In this document: one piece after another, positions 33,105 to 47,019 of the stretch
Position numbering within the stretch: position 1 is the first letter of the stretch
Layout: every line of letters starts with the position of its first letter
From: the human T2T-CHM13v2.0 reference genome, Homo sapiens
Direction: 5' to 3' (one strand)
Assembly (NCBI RefSeq): GCF_009914755.1
Contig: NC_060947.1
DNA: 64,000 nucleotides
Notes under the pieces: generated by a model
What the model was told of the DNA's origin: nothing
Databases searched by the model: none
Seen by the model: the letters and a program-made list of their open reading frames with translations, nothing else
Position numbers and translations under genes: made by a program

Positions 33105-33509
33105 GATAGTCTAGATAAAGAAAATGTAGTACATGTACCCCATGGAATACTATGCAGCCCTAAAGAAGAATAAAATCATTTTCTTTGCAGCAACATGGAT
33201 GGTGCTGAAGGCCGTTATCCTAAGTGAACTAACACAAGAACAGAAAACCAAGTATTGCGTGTCTTACTTTTAAGTGGGAGCCAAACATGGGCTACACATG
33301 GACACAAAGAAGGAAATAATAGACACCAGTGCCTACTTGAGGGTGGAGACTGGGAGGAGAGAGGTGATTGAAAAACTACATACCTGGTACTATGCTAATT
33401 ACATGGGTGGTGAAATAATCTGAACACCAAACACCCGCGACACATAATTTACCCATGTATCAAACCTGCACATGTACCACTGAACCTAAAATAAAAGTTA
33501 AAAAAAAAA
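33105..33509 (+). mobile_element. Second L1 3' end (L1PA16/L1PB-like)
   Basis: catggaatactatgcagcc…gcctacttgagggtggag…tgaacctaaaataaaagtt followed by poly-A. Confidence 0.9.
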
Positions 33510-33573
33510 GATCTGATAGCCAAACTATACCATGGTGGTTACACAATTATGTACATATTTTTTCCAGTTACAT

Positions 33574-34082
33574 CAGCAGTCCCCCAACCTTTATGGCACG
33601 AGGGATTGGTTTCATGGAAGACAGTTTTTCCATGGACCAGTCGGGGGTTGGCTGGGGGATGGTTTCAGGCTGATTCAAGCACATTACCTTGATTGTGCAC
33701 TTTTTTTCTATTATTGTTCCATTGTAATATATAATGAAATAATTATATGACTCACCATCATGCAGAATCAGTGGGAGCCTTGAGCTTGTTTTCTGCAACT
33801 AGACAATCCCATCTAGGGGTGATGGGAGACAGTAAAAGATCGTCAGACATCAGATTCTCATGAGAAGTATGAAACCTAGACGCCTTACATGTGCAGCTCA
33901 CAATAGGGCTCAAGGTCCTGTGGGAATCAAATGCGGCCGCTGATCTGACAGGAGGCAGAGCTCAGGCAGTAATGCAAGTGATGGGGAGTGGTTGTGAATA
34001 CAGATGAAACTTCACTGGCTTGCCCACCCACCGCTCACCTCCTGCTGTGCCAGGACTGGTCCTTGGTCAGGGGGAGCCCCTG
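33574..34082 (-). mobile_element. MER1A, copy 3
   Basis: cagcagtccccaacctttatggcac…tttcatggaagacagtttttcc…gggggagcccctg. Confidence 0.93.
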
Positions 34083-34147
34083 AACAACAGCGTTTGCTCC
34101 ATATTTAGCAGTCAAGACTGGGCATTTTATTGTAAAGAGTTATTTTT

Positions 34148-34196
<49 letters not shown>

Positions 34197-34300
34197 CACA
34201 TTTTATGTATATTAATGTATGCATATACACATTGTATATGACTTTATATACATATGCATATATACTTGTATGTACATATGGATACATACAAATACACACC
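34148..34300. repeat. (CA)n/(TA)n microsatellite
   Basis: Pure CA run followed by a degenerate TA/CA tract. Confidence 0.92.
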
Positions 34301-34339
34301 TATTTATATTCAATATGAACAGATGCATTGCTATTTTTT

Positions 34340-34900
34340 GAAAGGTTTATAGTTTATTATTGTACTTATTTTATTTGGTGCTTAAATTATCCGAGAAATG
34401 GGATGTTCTTCATTCTGGCTCCTACGTCTTTCTGACATGCCCTTGTAATATTGTTGAGCACTTTCTTACATTTTGACTATTGGAAGATATTTCAGGCTCT
34501 TTTCATATCTACCCAGCCACAAAACTGGAGTTGGTCATACCTATAATGATGCCAGGTAAGAGATAAGTAATCTGGATGCTAGGGTGTGCTCATTGCTAAT
34601 GGGTGTCTTTGCTTCTTCTTGGATATTTCAGTGAAGTGATACAGGAATTATATGTATTTACACACTAATATACACATGCCTGGGCTTACATACACACACT
34701 TACAGATATGCGTATGCACATGTACTGGTAAATACACTTACCTATGCATATTTTAGGAATAATCAATTCACACTCATACCTTCAATTCCAAGCCATTCCT
34801 ATAAAGATCTTATCTATAGGTTCTTTTATTTGGATATCTTTTATCATTGTGTGAATCATAGCTCCTAACATCAGAAAGTGTTAATTCTTTTTCTTCTGGA
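34340..34900 (-). mobile_element. L1MC4/5-like 3' UTR fragment
   Basis: ctggctcctacgtctttctgacatgccc…ttgagcactttcttac…atctggatgctagggtgtgctcattgct. Confidence 0.6.
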
Positions 34901-36559
34901 TTAATTATCATAATTATTAAAAGCGCACTGTTTATCACCTCTATATATGTAGGTGTGTACACACACATATATAATAGTTGCATTCAAAAGTAATGCAACC
35001 ACTACATTTTTACAATAAATAATTACATTCAAAAATAATGAGTTTATCACTTTGGAATATGCTGCTCAATATAAGAGTGAAGATTTTTTCACTACTTTAT
35101 GTACAGAGGGATTGAGTCTACTTATTCCTAGAATAAGACATATGTCATGGAAAAATAGCACTGAGAAGATGAGACCATATTTAGCCTCTAATAAGTACAA
35201 GATTTGCAAATGTTTTATGAAACATTATTGAAACTACATTTATGAAATAATATTGGCAACTGCATATGTTCAGCAAAATTCACAGTATAGTCCCCATTAA
35301 TCTAATAAATACATGATAGGAGTAAATACATAAACATGTATAGAAAGCAAAAGACTTGTTCTATAGCATCCAATAACCTTTTGGCAAATGATAATAAAAA
35401 AAGGTCCTCTTTCAAGTTATAATTCTCATTAAAAGAGAAGACGGCATCTTAACTCCACTACGTGCTTCTTTTACTAGAAGTTATATGACTCTTGTTTGGC
35501 GTACACCTGTGACTTTTGGCCACTTTTTTTCTAAAATAATGTAAAACTGAGCCATAGTTTGAGACAAGAGTGATTGGGAGAATTCACCAACCTCTTTGCG
35601 ACTCTTGAGAATACTGAAAAATATAAAAGCAGAAAGGGCAGTGATTTGTAGATTAGTGTTATTTTTCTGCATGTTTACTATAGAGCTTCAAAATCTAATT
35701 GTAAGATGGATAGATAAGCAAGGTATAGGATTCTGCCATGTGTTTGTCCACGGGATCACATAAGGGGTCACCACTCTTGGTATTTAATTTTCTACAGATA
35801 ATCTTTTTGTTTTGTTTTTTTACGATGTTCCCCCCAGAGCAATTCCTTCTTTGAAAATAGGCAGAAAAATGCAGGGTTATTAAGTGAAAGTTATCACCAC
35901 TCCTTCTGTGTAATTCTGCTATCAATCTGAATTCAGAGTATCTTCTCATGGGCCAGAAGTTTTCAGCCCTCACAGAAATAGGAACGAGACTGGGAAAAAT
36001 GCAAATCCCTAGCTGTGGTCTAGGCTACCTTGATTAAAGAAGCTCAGTCAACAGAAAAGTCTGGACTCATTGTTTGCTGAATAACCTACGATATTATTTG
36101 ACATTCCAGCGCAATGCGTCATGAACAAGAGGTGCCATTCTCTGAGAGAGAACGAGAAGGCTGAAAAATGTTCTGGTGAAAAAGACCCACAGGCGTCCCA
36201 ACCTCAGCCACAAGCAAGTTTTTCTGAAAAAACACGGTTTTAGAGGAGTGGCCATTCCCTGCATTTTCTCTGGAAAATGGCCAGTTCATTTTCCCAGAGG
36301 GAATAATAAATCTTCTATTTAACATTTCTTGATTTTCTCTGATTTGCTATACTGGCTGCCACCCTATCCTATTCCCATTTGATTATTTTTTGCGTGAAAC
36401 AAGTGAAGCCCTGTGTCAGGTATTACAACTGTTTTTCATTTCGCTTAGCCATCACCTTTTGGAAGTATCCCTTACCCTCAACTGTTACCATTCAATTGTA
36501 AATATATGAAAAAAATATTTCAAACTTAGGAGACATTCAGAAACATTAAAGAATATTTC

Positions 36560-37372
36560 TTAATGCTGGCAAAGATATGGTCAAAGAGAAACTCTCCTAG
36601 AGTGTTGATGGGAATATAAATTTGTACAACCATTATGAAAAACAGTATGGAGGTTCCTCAAAAAACTAAAAACAGAACTACTATATGATCCAGCAATTCC
36701 ACTATTGGATATCTATCCAACGTAAAGGAAATCAGTACATCAAAGAGATATCTGCAATCCCTTGTTTATTGCAACACTATTTCACAATAGCCAAGATTTG
36801 GGAGTAATCTAAGTGTTTATAAATGGATGAATGAATAAAGAAAATGTCATATATACACAAGAGAATATTATTCAGCATAAAAAAGAATGCAATGCTGTCA
36901 TTTGCAACAACATGGATGGAATTGGGGGACATTATGTTAAGTGAAACAAACCAGCCACAGAAAGACAACTTTCACATGTTCTCATTCATATGTAAATGTT
37001 AAAAATGCTAAAAATTGAACCCAGGGAGATAGGGAGTAGAATGGCAGTTACCAGAGGCTGGGAAGGGTAGTAGGGAGAGGGGCAAAGTGTGGATGATTAA
37101 TGTGTACAAAAATACAGTCAGATAGAATGAATAAGATCTACTGTTCAGTAGTACAATAGGGTGAATATAGTTAACAATAATTTGTTATACATTTTAAAAT
37201 AACTAAAATAATGGAATTGGAATGTTCCTAACACAAAGAAATGATGAATGCTTGAGGTGATGGGCATTCCAGTTAGCCTGATTTGATCATTACACGTTGT
37301 CTGCCTGTATCAAAACAGCACTTGTACCTCATAAACATATACTACTATTATATACCAATAATAATTAAAAAA
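36560..37372 (+). mobile_element. L1MA 3' end
   Basis: aacagtatggaggttcctcaaaaaactaaaaacagaactac…agagatatctgca…gatagaatgaataagatct…aatgcttgaggtgatgg. Confidence 0.92.
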
Positions 37373-38309
37373 TTTAAAGTTACTCCACATAAAATTACTC
37401 CAAATTTTAAAAAGTGACTCCAAAGACAGCCAATCAAGCAAATGAATGAACATTAAATCCATACTCAACATTTCACCAATACTGTATCAAGGATAAGTGG
37501 TTGACATGCATAATTTAATTGTTCTACAAGTGGAAGATAGAGAAATAATAACACTAACAAAAAGTAGAAGTGGATTGGGAGAGACTGCCAGGTAGAAGTT
37601 GAAATGAATTTCTCTCTCCGTTTTCATAAAGAAAGTAAGAAGATATTTTAAAGATGATACATTAAGGTATAGATTTATGAATATTCTTAAAGAGTATAGA
37701 GGAATCACTAGAAAAATTGGAAATAAAATAAGACAGGAATAATTATTGGAAGCTAGAATGATCATTTTTCTCCTTAATATCTGATTTTTTGAGAATAAGA
37801 ATCAATAATCCATGTTTAATATTCATAATCAAGGAATAATTTTGAATTCATGATTATTAAATTGAACATTCATATAACATATTATATAATGTCCATTTTT
37901 TAAGGAAAGTAACACACAGAAGTAGACCCTTTATTTATAATTGTCAGATGGAAAAAACAAATATCGCAAAATGAAAGCCAATTTTCTTGTGGTAGATGAC
38001 TGTCCATGTTGAATAAGGAGTTATTTTTTCCTCTCTCCTGAGCTGCCTTAACTGTAGGGTTCTCCAAGTTAAATCTCCCACCAAATAAGAGTGGGGGTGA
38101 GCATTTCTGAGTGGTGATGTTTTTAATGCCACTCAGAAGATGAGCGTTGAGTGATGAATTAAAGGAGAAACAGATAGAAGTTATGTTTGAAGCTTGCTCT
38201 TTGGCAGGTCCAAATGTAAAAAGCCAAAGTGGAATCCCAGGAAATAGTAAAAGCACAGCATAATAATTTAAAAAAGGTAATCATTATAAAGACATTGAAA
38301 ATAATCAGA

Positions 38310-39290
38310 TAAAAAGAAATAATCAACAGAATAAACAGACAACCCACAGAATGGGAGAAAAGATTTGCGAACTGTGCACTGGACAAAGGACTAGAATCCA
38401 GAATCTACAAGGATCTCAAACAAATCACCAAGAGAAAAAAAAAAGCAAATAATTTTATTAAAAAGTGGGCAAAAGATATGAATAGACGTCTCTCAAAAGA
38501 AGATATACAGACAGCTAATGAAGATATGAAAAAATGCTCAATATCACTAATAATCAGGGAAATACAAATTAAAGCAACCATGAGATACCACCTTACTCCT
38601 ATAAGAATGGCCATTATTAAAAAGTCAGAAAAACAATAGATGTTGGCATGGATGTGGGGAAAAGGAAACACTTATGCACTGCTGGTGGGAATGTAAATTA
38701 GTACAACCTCTAGGGAAAATAGTATGGAGATTCCTTAAAGAGCTAAAAGTAGATCTACAATCCAATCCAGCAATCCCACTACTGGGTATCTACCCAAATA
38801 AAAATAAGTCATGATGTGAAAAAGACACTTGCATATGTATGTTTACAGCAGCACAATTTACAATGGCAAAAATGTGGAACTAACTCATCGGCTAATGAGT
38901 AGATAAAGAAAATGTGGTATATATACACCATGGAATACTACTCAGCCATAGAAAGGAATGAAATAATGTCTTTTGCAGCAACTTGGATGGAGCTGGAGGC
39001 CACTATTCTAAGTGAAGTAACTCCGGAACGGAAAACCAAACATTGTATGTTCTCACTTATAAGTGAGAGCTAAGCTATGAGGATGCAAAGGCAGACAGAG
39101 TGATATAATGGACTTCAGAGACTCAGAAGCGGGAGGGTGGGAGGGGAGTAGGGATAAAAAAGCTACACATTTGGAACAATGTACACTACGCAGGTGATGG
39201 GTGCACTAAAATCTCAGTATTCATCACTATATAATTCATCCGTGTGAGAAAAGAACTTGCACATCAAACAATGAATAAAATAAAAAATAT
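38310..39290 (+). mobile_element. L1PB 3' end with ORF2 C-terminal remnant
   Basis: acagacaacccacagaatgggagaaa…gagctaagctatgaggatgcaaaggc…ggtgatgggtgcactaaaatctcag. Confidence 0.92.
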
Positions 39291-39879
39291 ATTTTTTAAA
39301 AATATTAATTTTAAAAAGCTTAACTGGCCCAGTGTGGAAGAGAAAGTTGGTGTTAGATGAAGAATGCACTCTGTTATCAGTAACATGGTTTCTAATCAAC
39401 TGGAAAACACCAAGCCTAAGCTAGAAAAAGTTTGTGTTTGGAGAAAAAGGGGGCAATTGACAAAGTAAAAGCAAGTATTCAAGAAATGTATCATTCATAC
39501 ATATTCTAAACAAAATGTTCATGAAAGGGGCATCATTTGTGCTTCTGTTGTTGCCAACGATGTGGAAACACTGATAATTGTAGAGATGAAAAATTCAATT
39601 GCAACAACATCATTGGCTCTGCAGTTTAAAATAACAATAATTGCAGAGATGTACAGATATTATCAGTGATTTTTAAGTTGTAGAGTCGTACCCGTCACTG
39701 AAAATGTGATCATTTTTGCAGGCCTAAATAAAACCATTGTCTCAAGAGTATAAAAATATGAATAAATTGATGGGAATTAAAATGCAGAAGTGGGAACAGA
39801 AAGGCAAGAGAGAGGTAACAGCGTTAGGAAAGAGAATACACAAGAAAATAGAAAGGAATTCAGCTTCATACTATATAAT

Positions 39880-40320
39880 TTAATTTATTGATGAATGATA
39901 TACATAAATGTGGAACCCAGACAAAATGACTTTCAAGGGAAATAAAAATCACTCGAATACCGACAGAAGGTATATGAAGTGTTATTATGTAATTATCATA
40001 GAATATGTCAACGGGATTCTTAAACATGCTTAAGTGTAAATGTTTGCTCCTATAAATTTTACATAATATAACATAGGCTTTCAGAGATAATGAAGCTGTT
40101 TAGAATGTGTACAAAGAAGGAAAACTTTTAAAGCATTAATCTTCCTATTTGATATAACTGAATGCCAACACGTGTAGATTAAAATTATTTATGACGAATT
40201 GATGCAAGATTTCTACATCCATAACAAGCAGATATGAGCTCAGAATGTAAATAGTATGTTTTTCATGACCTAATGGGACTAATTCCAATAATGCAAGAAT
40301 GTTTTCACATTGGAAATGGA
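39880..40320 (+). mobile_element. Ancient L1M ORF2 fragment
   Basis: catgacctaatgggactaattccaataatgcaagaatgttttcacatt translates to HDLMGLIPIMQECFHI, resembling L1 RT HDQVGFIPGMQGWFNI. Confidence 0.6.
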
Positions 40321-41391
40321 CATGTGTGTACATGTGCATTTATGAATATAAGTGTAAATTATAACTTTGTTTTCTGGCTAGTAAAATTCAACAGGAGAGG
40401 GAAAGGGGAGGTCTTGGATATAGGTGAAACGGTGACTTAGATGATGGCAAGAAAATCTAAGTTGCATAAGGGGATGAGTCAATCCAAGCAGGACCTAGTT
40501 GAAAAGGAGAAATTACGAGTTTCAAGAAGCCAGTGGGAGCATGGATGAGGGATACAGGAACGGACGGTTTCAGGTGTGAACACAACAGGGATGTGGGTCA
40601 CATTTGCAGGAAGGTACTTGTACTTCCTACAAAGATGGAGGCCATTGAGCAGAATCTAGGATGCAGGATGACAATTCCAGAGGACTATTGCCTTTTGTTC
40701 TGCCTCCTATGGCTACATCACACATCTGCATGGAAGGCGCCCCTGGGAAAGGTGTGCTGTTTCAATAAATGAGCGACATGAGCCATGCGAGAATATCTCC
40801 AGTTCCATATCAGGTCATTAAGACCCTCACCTGAATTTAGTTTGGGTATTTTGACAGAGAATAAAACTGCATATTACTTTTTTCTTTTAAAAATTGTATC
40901 TCCACTTGTGTATACAGAATAGATACTACTTGTCTATAACTAGTGGCAAAAAAAGAGACAAATGGAAAACCCTGTAATGTTTTCTCCTTGGAGCACATGG
41001 AGTTTCTGAAGCTTAATCTAGGTAGATAGTATTGGATAAACACATTGATATAAATAATGTGTAGTAATGTTTTCCAAAAAAACTCATCATGCTAAGGATT
41101 TATGGTAGATGAAAATATACAGTACATGAATATATGGAGAACGCTACCATTCTCCACGGATCATGCTGACATAAAGGATATAATAGGGAATTGATTTTCT
41201 CAAATGAAAACAAAATGATGGTGTTATATCCCTGTGTTTGCAGAAAGTTATTGCTATAGAGATTCTGAGATTTGCACACTTCATGAGTGTAAGAGGTAAG
41301 GGAGAAAATAAAATAAATGAAGAAAAATAATATATTTAAGGATCTTTTTCAAAAACAAAACAAAAACAAAAACTAAGCATGTATCTTAAAA

Positions 41392-41925
41392 ATCAGCTTT
41401 AACAATTCACATTTTATACCACCTACCCATTTAAAGTATACAATTCAATGGTTTTTAGTATATTCAGAGTTTTACATCCATTACCACAATCAATTTTAGA
41501 ACATTTTTGTTATCGCAAAAAGAAACCTCATACCCATTAGCAGTTACTCCACGTCTCCTCCCCCCAGCTCCTGGCAACCACCAATTTACTTTCCATTTCT
41601 ATGGATTTGCCTATTCTGGACAGTTTATATAAATGAAATTCTACAATATGTGGCTTTTTATGTCTGGCTTCTTTCACTTTGCAGAAGGTTTTTAATTGTC
41701 ATACATGTTATAGCATGTATCAGTGACTCATTCCTCTTTATGGCTGAATCATTTTCCAGTGTGTGGATAGACTACTTCTTCATCCATTCATTCATTGATG
41801 GAAACCCGAGTTACTTCCACTTTTTAGCTATTATGGAAAATGCTGCTGTGAACACTTGTGCACATGTGTTTATGTGGGCATGTGTTTCTATTTCTCTTGG
41901 GTATACACCTTCAAGTGCTATTCTG
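41392..41925 (-). mobile_element. L1MB 3' end
   Basis: cccatttaaagtatacaattcaatggtttttagtatattc…caattttagaacatttt…ctatggatttgcctattctggaca. Confidence 0.9.
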
Positions 41926-42828
41926 GATAATAGCAAACAGGCATCTGAAACATTGTCATTCAACTTTATTCCAAAGAAAATAAAAGGTTCTGTGCATGTG
42001 TGTGTTTGTGGGAGCATGTGAACAACACAACAAAGCACCGCTTTGTTGCATGTGACTTTTCAATGACTCTATACTACCGGGTACACAAATTCTTCCCAGC
42101 TCTGGATGACCTTCATGTGTTGTTTACAATATAGTTGCAGGTTGGATATTCAGAATAACTGGAAAAATATCCTGTTATCTCTAAATATGATTGCACACCT
42201 CTGGTCTACAGTCACTTGTATTGTTTCTGCTGGCAGAGTGTCTTTTGAGAAAAGCATTTGTAGGACATTTTGTCACCTTCTGCCCAAAGGTATCTGTTCT
42301 TCTCATTACTCCCTTCACAGATTTTAATTTTCTTTGAAATCCTCATAAGAGTATCTTAAAGTAAACATGGGAGAGAAAAAATCAGAACTCTAGAGAAATT
42401 GCTTTCAAACTCCCCCTTCAGCAATCTAAGTCTGTCCTCATTATCTTTCTTCTATGCCTCCTAAATTTTTCAGTTTTTTTCAATTTTGGGTTTTTTTCTT
42501 AAGAAGTCACCTATTGAAAACATTGGATACTTTCAAATTATATTTTCCCAGTCTGCCAGTTCCTGCAATTAATAAAAATTTTGCAATGGAAATCATTTAA
42601 AAGTGGATTAAGTTTTATAGTCCTCTTATGCAAAGGAGGATTTCTAGTTGCTGGGAGCAAGAAAAGGAATGTATACTTTTGGAAGGTAAAGGAGGCTAAG
42701 GATTGATAGTGTCTATAGCTTCCTGGGATTTACTCCCATCTGCTAGAACATGCATGGCACCAAGACCTCCAGGTCTGGCTTATTAGCATGATGTCCAGGG
42801 GTTAATGGATCAGTGGATTGCTTTATGG

Positions 42829-43348
42829 CAGAGATTCCCATCCCCTAGTCCATAGACCAGTAAGGACTTGTTAAGAACCAGGCTGCACAGCAGGAGGTAA
42901 GTGTCAGGTAAGCAAGGGAAGCTTCATTCGTATTTGCAGCCACTCCCCATTGCTTACATTATCACCTGAGCTCCACCTCCTGTCGATCAGCGGCAGCATT
43001 AGATTCCCATAGGAGTGCAAACTCCATCATGAACTGTGCATGCAAAGGATCTAGGTTGCATGGTCCTTATGAGAATCTAGTGCCTGATGATCTGTCACCA
43101 TCTCCCATCACCCCCAGATGGGACCCACTAGTTGCAGGAAAACAAGCTCAGGGCTCCCACCGATTCTTCATGATGGTGGGTTGTATAATTATTTCATTAT
43201 ATATTACAATGTAATCATCACAGAAATAAAGTGCACAATAAATGTCATGCACTTGAATCATCCCGAAACCATCCCCACTAACCTGGTCCGTGAAAAAATT
43301 GTCTTCCCAAAGACCAGTCCCTTGTGCCAAAAAGGTTGGGAACCACTG
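42829..43348 (+). mobile_element. MER1A, copy 4 (opposite orientation)
   Basis: Ends gtgccaaaaaggttgggaaccactg; 8-bp TSD ctttatgg/ttttatgg. Confidence 0.94.
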
Positions 43349-43679
43349 TTTTATGGGATATGCAGGGAGTCTGTATCTCTTAAGACTATACTCTGACAAA
43401 AGGCGGTAAGTTAACATGGATCTGGGGCAAAGTTACATGAAAACTTTTCTCCGTGCCACACAAAAGGTCATTGTTTCTGAGCCTTTCTTCTAAATAGAAT
43501 ACAAAATGAGATATTTTCCAATCTGACAGCTGCAAGAGTCCTACTAACCTACTTCAGCAAAGATACTCCCATCAGACATAGCAGCTGCTCTAGGGGCAAT
43601 TATTAGTCTCCACTGTCAGCCAACTGCATCCTTCTCTAGAATTGGAGTAAATTTTTATGATTTTAGGTTGACTTGACAA

Positions 43680-43860
43680 CCCTTCTGAATATAAGTTTAA
43701 CTTTCTCATACCAGAAACAGGGCTTAGTCAATCTTGACAGTTTCTGGTTCTCTATCTCCTCCCAGTTCCTCAAGGTAGTTGATCCAGGTATCTGCCTTAG
43801 ACAACCACCTCCTGAAGATCACCTCCCTATGGGAAAGCTAGGTACAACCTACTTGATTGT
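43680..43860 (+). mobile_element. ERVL LTR fragment (MER54/MER74 group)
   Basis: cagggcttagtcaatcttgacagtttctggttct…ctcccagttcctcaa…cacctccctatggga. Confidence 0.55.
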
Positions 43861-43879
43861 TCTATCTTGTCTAGTCACT

Positions 43880-44177
43880 ATGTATATAAAAAACATTATG
43901 TTGTACACACACACACAAACATATATATACATATATACACATATATATATACACATGTGTATATATATACACACTTATACACGTATATATACACATATAT
44001 ATTATATATACACACAAATATATTATATACACGTATATATACATACATACATATATTATATATACACGTATATATATACATATATAATATATACACATAT
44101 ATATACACATATACGTGTATATATATACACATATATACATATATATATGTATATGTGTGTGTGTATATATATATATG
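43880..44177. repeat. (TA/CA/TG) low-complexity tract
   Basis: ~300 bp of near-continuous alternating purine-pyrimidine sequence. Confidence 0.95.
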
Positions 44178-44199
44178 AACTTCTGCTACATCCCTAATC

Positions 44200-44552
44200 C
44201 TTGTCACACTGCTAATAAAGACATACCTGAGACTGGGTAATTTATACAGAAAAAGAGGTTTAATGGACTCACAGTTCTGCATGGCTCAGAGGCCTCACAA
44301 TCATGGTGGAAGGCAAAGGAGGAGCAAAGGCACATCTTACATGGTGGCAGGCAAGTAAGTGTGTACAGAGGATCTGCCCTTTATAAAACCACCAGATCTT
44401 GTGAGACATATTCACTACTACGAGAGCAGCATGGGAAAAACCCACCCCCATGATTCAATTACCTCCCACTGGGTCCCTCCCATGACATGTGGGGATTGTG
44501 GGAGCTACAATTCAAGATGAGATTTAGATGGGTACAGAGGGAAACCATATCA
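44200..44552 (-). mobile_element. THE1 (B-D) solo LTR
   Basis: gctaataaagacatacctgagactgggtaattt…catgattcaattacctcccactgggtcc…aaccatatca. Confidence 0.93.
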
Positions 44553-46250
44553 CATATACACAGTGAAATAATTACTAGTCAAGCCAGTGAACATATCCAT
44601 CATCTCACATAGTTATCTATATTATGCATGTGATGAAAACACCAAAATCTGCCTTTTGCCAGTGTCCAGTATACAATATTATTAACTGTAGTCCTCCTTC
44701 TGTAGATTAGATTTCTAGATTTACTCATTCTGTATAACTGCAATTTTGTATCCTTTAACTACATCTCTTCCTTTACTTCAAAGCTACCATTCTACTCTCT
44801 GTTTCTATGTATCTAACTTTTTTTTAAGATTTCACATACAAGTGAGATAATGCAGTATTTTTCTTTCCGTGCCTAGCTTATTTCTCATAGCATAATGTCC
44901 TCCAGTTTCATCCATATCATTGCAAATAAAAGAACCTCCTTTTTAACGGCTGAATAATATTTCATTGTGTATATCTACCACAATATCTTTATTCATGCAT
45001 CCCTAAATGGACTCTTAGGTTGTTTTCATATATTTGCTATTGTGAATAATACTACAAATGAACATGGGTGTTCACATCCTTCTTTGAGACTTTAATTGTA
45101 TTGCCTTTGGATATATATTCAGTAGTGAGACTGCTGGATGATACAGTGGCTCTATTTTTAATTTTTGAAGAACTCTCTTCATGCTGTTTTCCATCATGGT
45201 TGTAGTAATTTACATTCTCAGCAACAGTTTACTAGAGCTCCCTTTCTTCTGCATCCTCTGTAACATTTGTTATCTCTTGTCTTCCTGATAATGCCATCCT
45301 AACATTAGTGAGGTGGTATCTCATTAAAGTTTTGATTTGTAATTGTTTGATTAGTGATGTTGAGCACCTTTTCATATATCTGTTTGCTATTTTTAAGTTT
45401 TCTATGGAGAAATGCCTATTCAAGTCCTTTGTCTGTATTTTAATTGGGTTAATTGTCTTTTGTTATTAAGTTGTGTGAGTTCCTTATATACTTTGAATAT
45501 TAACCCCTTGTCAGATATATGGTTTACACATTTTTCTCCTGTTCTGTAGAGTGACTTTTTCTTTTTCTTTTTTATTTTATTTTATTTTTTTTAGTTCTGC
45601 AGAGTTTTTTGTTGGATGTAGTCTCACTTCTCTATTTCTTCTTTTGTTACCTGAGCTTTCGGTGTGATTTGCAAAAGTCATTGTCGAGGCCAGCAAAACA
45701 CTTTTCCTCTGTTTTGTTCTAGAAGTTTAGTTAAAGGATTTCAGGTTGTAAGTTTGGGTTTTTAATCCATGTTGAATTGACTTCTGTGTATGGTGGAAGA
45801 TAAGGGTCCAATTTCACTCTTTTGCATGTTGACAGCCAGATATCCAAACACCATTTACCAAAGAGGCTATTCTTTTTTTTCTCCATTGTGTGTTCTTGGT
45901 GGCCTTGTCAAGAATGAGTTGATTGTATATGTTTGCCTTTATTTCTGCGTTCTTTATTCTATTCCCTCCGTGTGTCTGTTGTTACACCAGCATCATACTG
46001 TTTTGATTTTACTGTAGCTTTGTAGTTATAATTTGAAATCATAAAGTTTGATGCTTCCAGCTTTCTTTTTCTTGCTTAAGGTTGCTATGGCTATTCGGGA
46101 CCTTTTGTGATTCCATACAAATTTTAGAACTTGTTTTCCTATTTCAGTGAAAAATACCATTGGAATTTTGATAGGGATTGTATTGAATCTGTCTATCTCT
46201 TTAGGAAGTATGGGCAGCTTAACAATATTAATTCTTCCAATCCACAGGAT
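44553..46250 (-). mobile_element. L1MA 3' end plus ORF2 remnant
   Basis: Minus-strand peptides [15 protein letters not shown]…IPIKIP and [24 protein letters not shown]; L1MA 3' UTR motifs. Confidence 0.92.
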
Positions 46251-46423
46251 CATCCCATGGATGTGAATAAGCACAGCTCTGTGACCACCCCTGCCATCAA
46301 CAGCCCTGGCCTGTGCAGGAGGCTGACTCAGACCTTCTGAGGGAAGTTCTCTCAACAGCACATTCCTGACTGCCTTAGTGAAGGGTATGTTCTCTGCACG
46401 TTTTTTACAGGACAAACCCGGGA

Positions 46424-46795
46424 CTATATCAAAGAATGTTCCCTCCAAACTTGGAAGGAACCCAGAGACCAAAGAATGCCTCAGACAAGTCCAGCTTGCT
46501 GAGTAGATGCATTTATTAGGACTTAAATATAAAGTACTCCTGGGCAGCAGCTGGACAGCTCCAGAGATCTGCCCTGCTGCCTGTCTCAAAGCTGCTTTTA
46601 AGCTAATATTCTGACTCTTTACCTACTGCATGTGATGAGACTGTTTTTCTTGGTATATATCTAGATATGCTCTGGGATGTTTGAGTTCTCAGAGACACCT
46701 GCTCCTAGGCTGGGCATCACAGCCTTGGCTCACTGCCTGGCTTTCAGGGTTCAAGTAGCAGACATACAGTCTTAAATAACCTGGTGTCTTAAGCA
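46424..46795 (-). mobile_element. LTR47-like ERVL solo LTR
   Basis: Minus strand: caccaggttatttaagactgtatgtctgctacttgaaccctgaaagccaggcagtgagccaaggc…gagcaggtgtctctgagaac; AATAAA at ~46511-46516. Confidence 0.75.
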
Positions 46796-46831
46796 CTCAT
46801 GAAAAATTACCAGCTGAAGTATCTCATAGCC

Positions 46832-46834
<3 letters not shown>

Positions 46835-46887
<53 letters not shown>
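46835..46887. repeat. Pure (TA)26 microsatellite
   Basis: Uninterrupted TA run. Confidence 0.98.
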
Positions 46888-46890
<3 letters not shown>

Positions 46891-47019
46891 CACAGCAGTG
46901 GTGACTGCAGAATGGCAGAGCCAGTCACCGCTTTCAGCTTTTCCTCCCTGAGTACTTGAGCAATGCATATCCATGACCAACCCACATTGATACATTTATG
47001 TGTATTGTGGCATGCGTAT

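Noticed and set aside
43673-44282. Overlapping Y/I/T/H-rich ORFs
   Set aside because: Products of the TA/CA low-complexity tract; the same applies to ORFs at 4720-5282, 25813-26074 and 63274-63669.
46026-46589. 187-aa chimeric ORF running from LTR47 into L1 ORF2
   Set aside because: Starts at TTG, crosses the LTR poly(A) signal and ends at a premature stop; most likely a chance in-frame juxtaposition.
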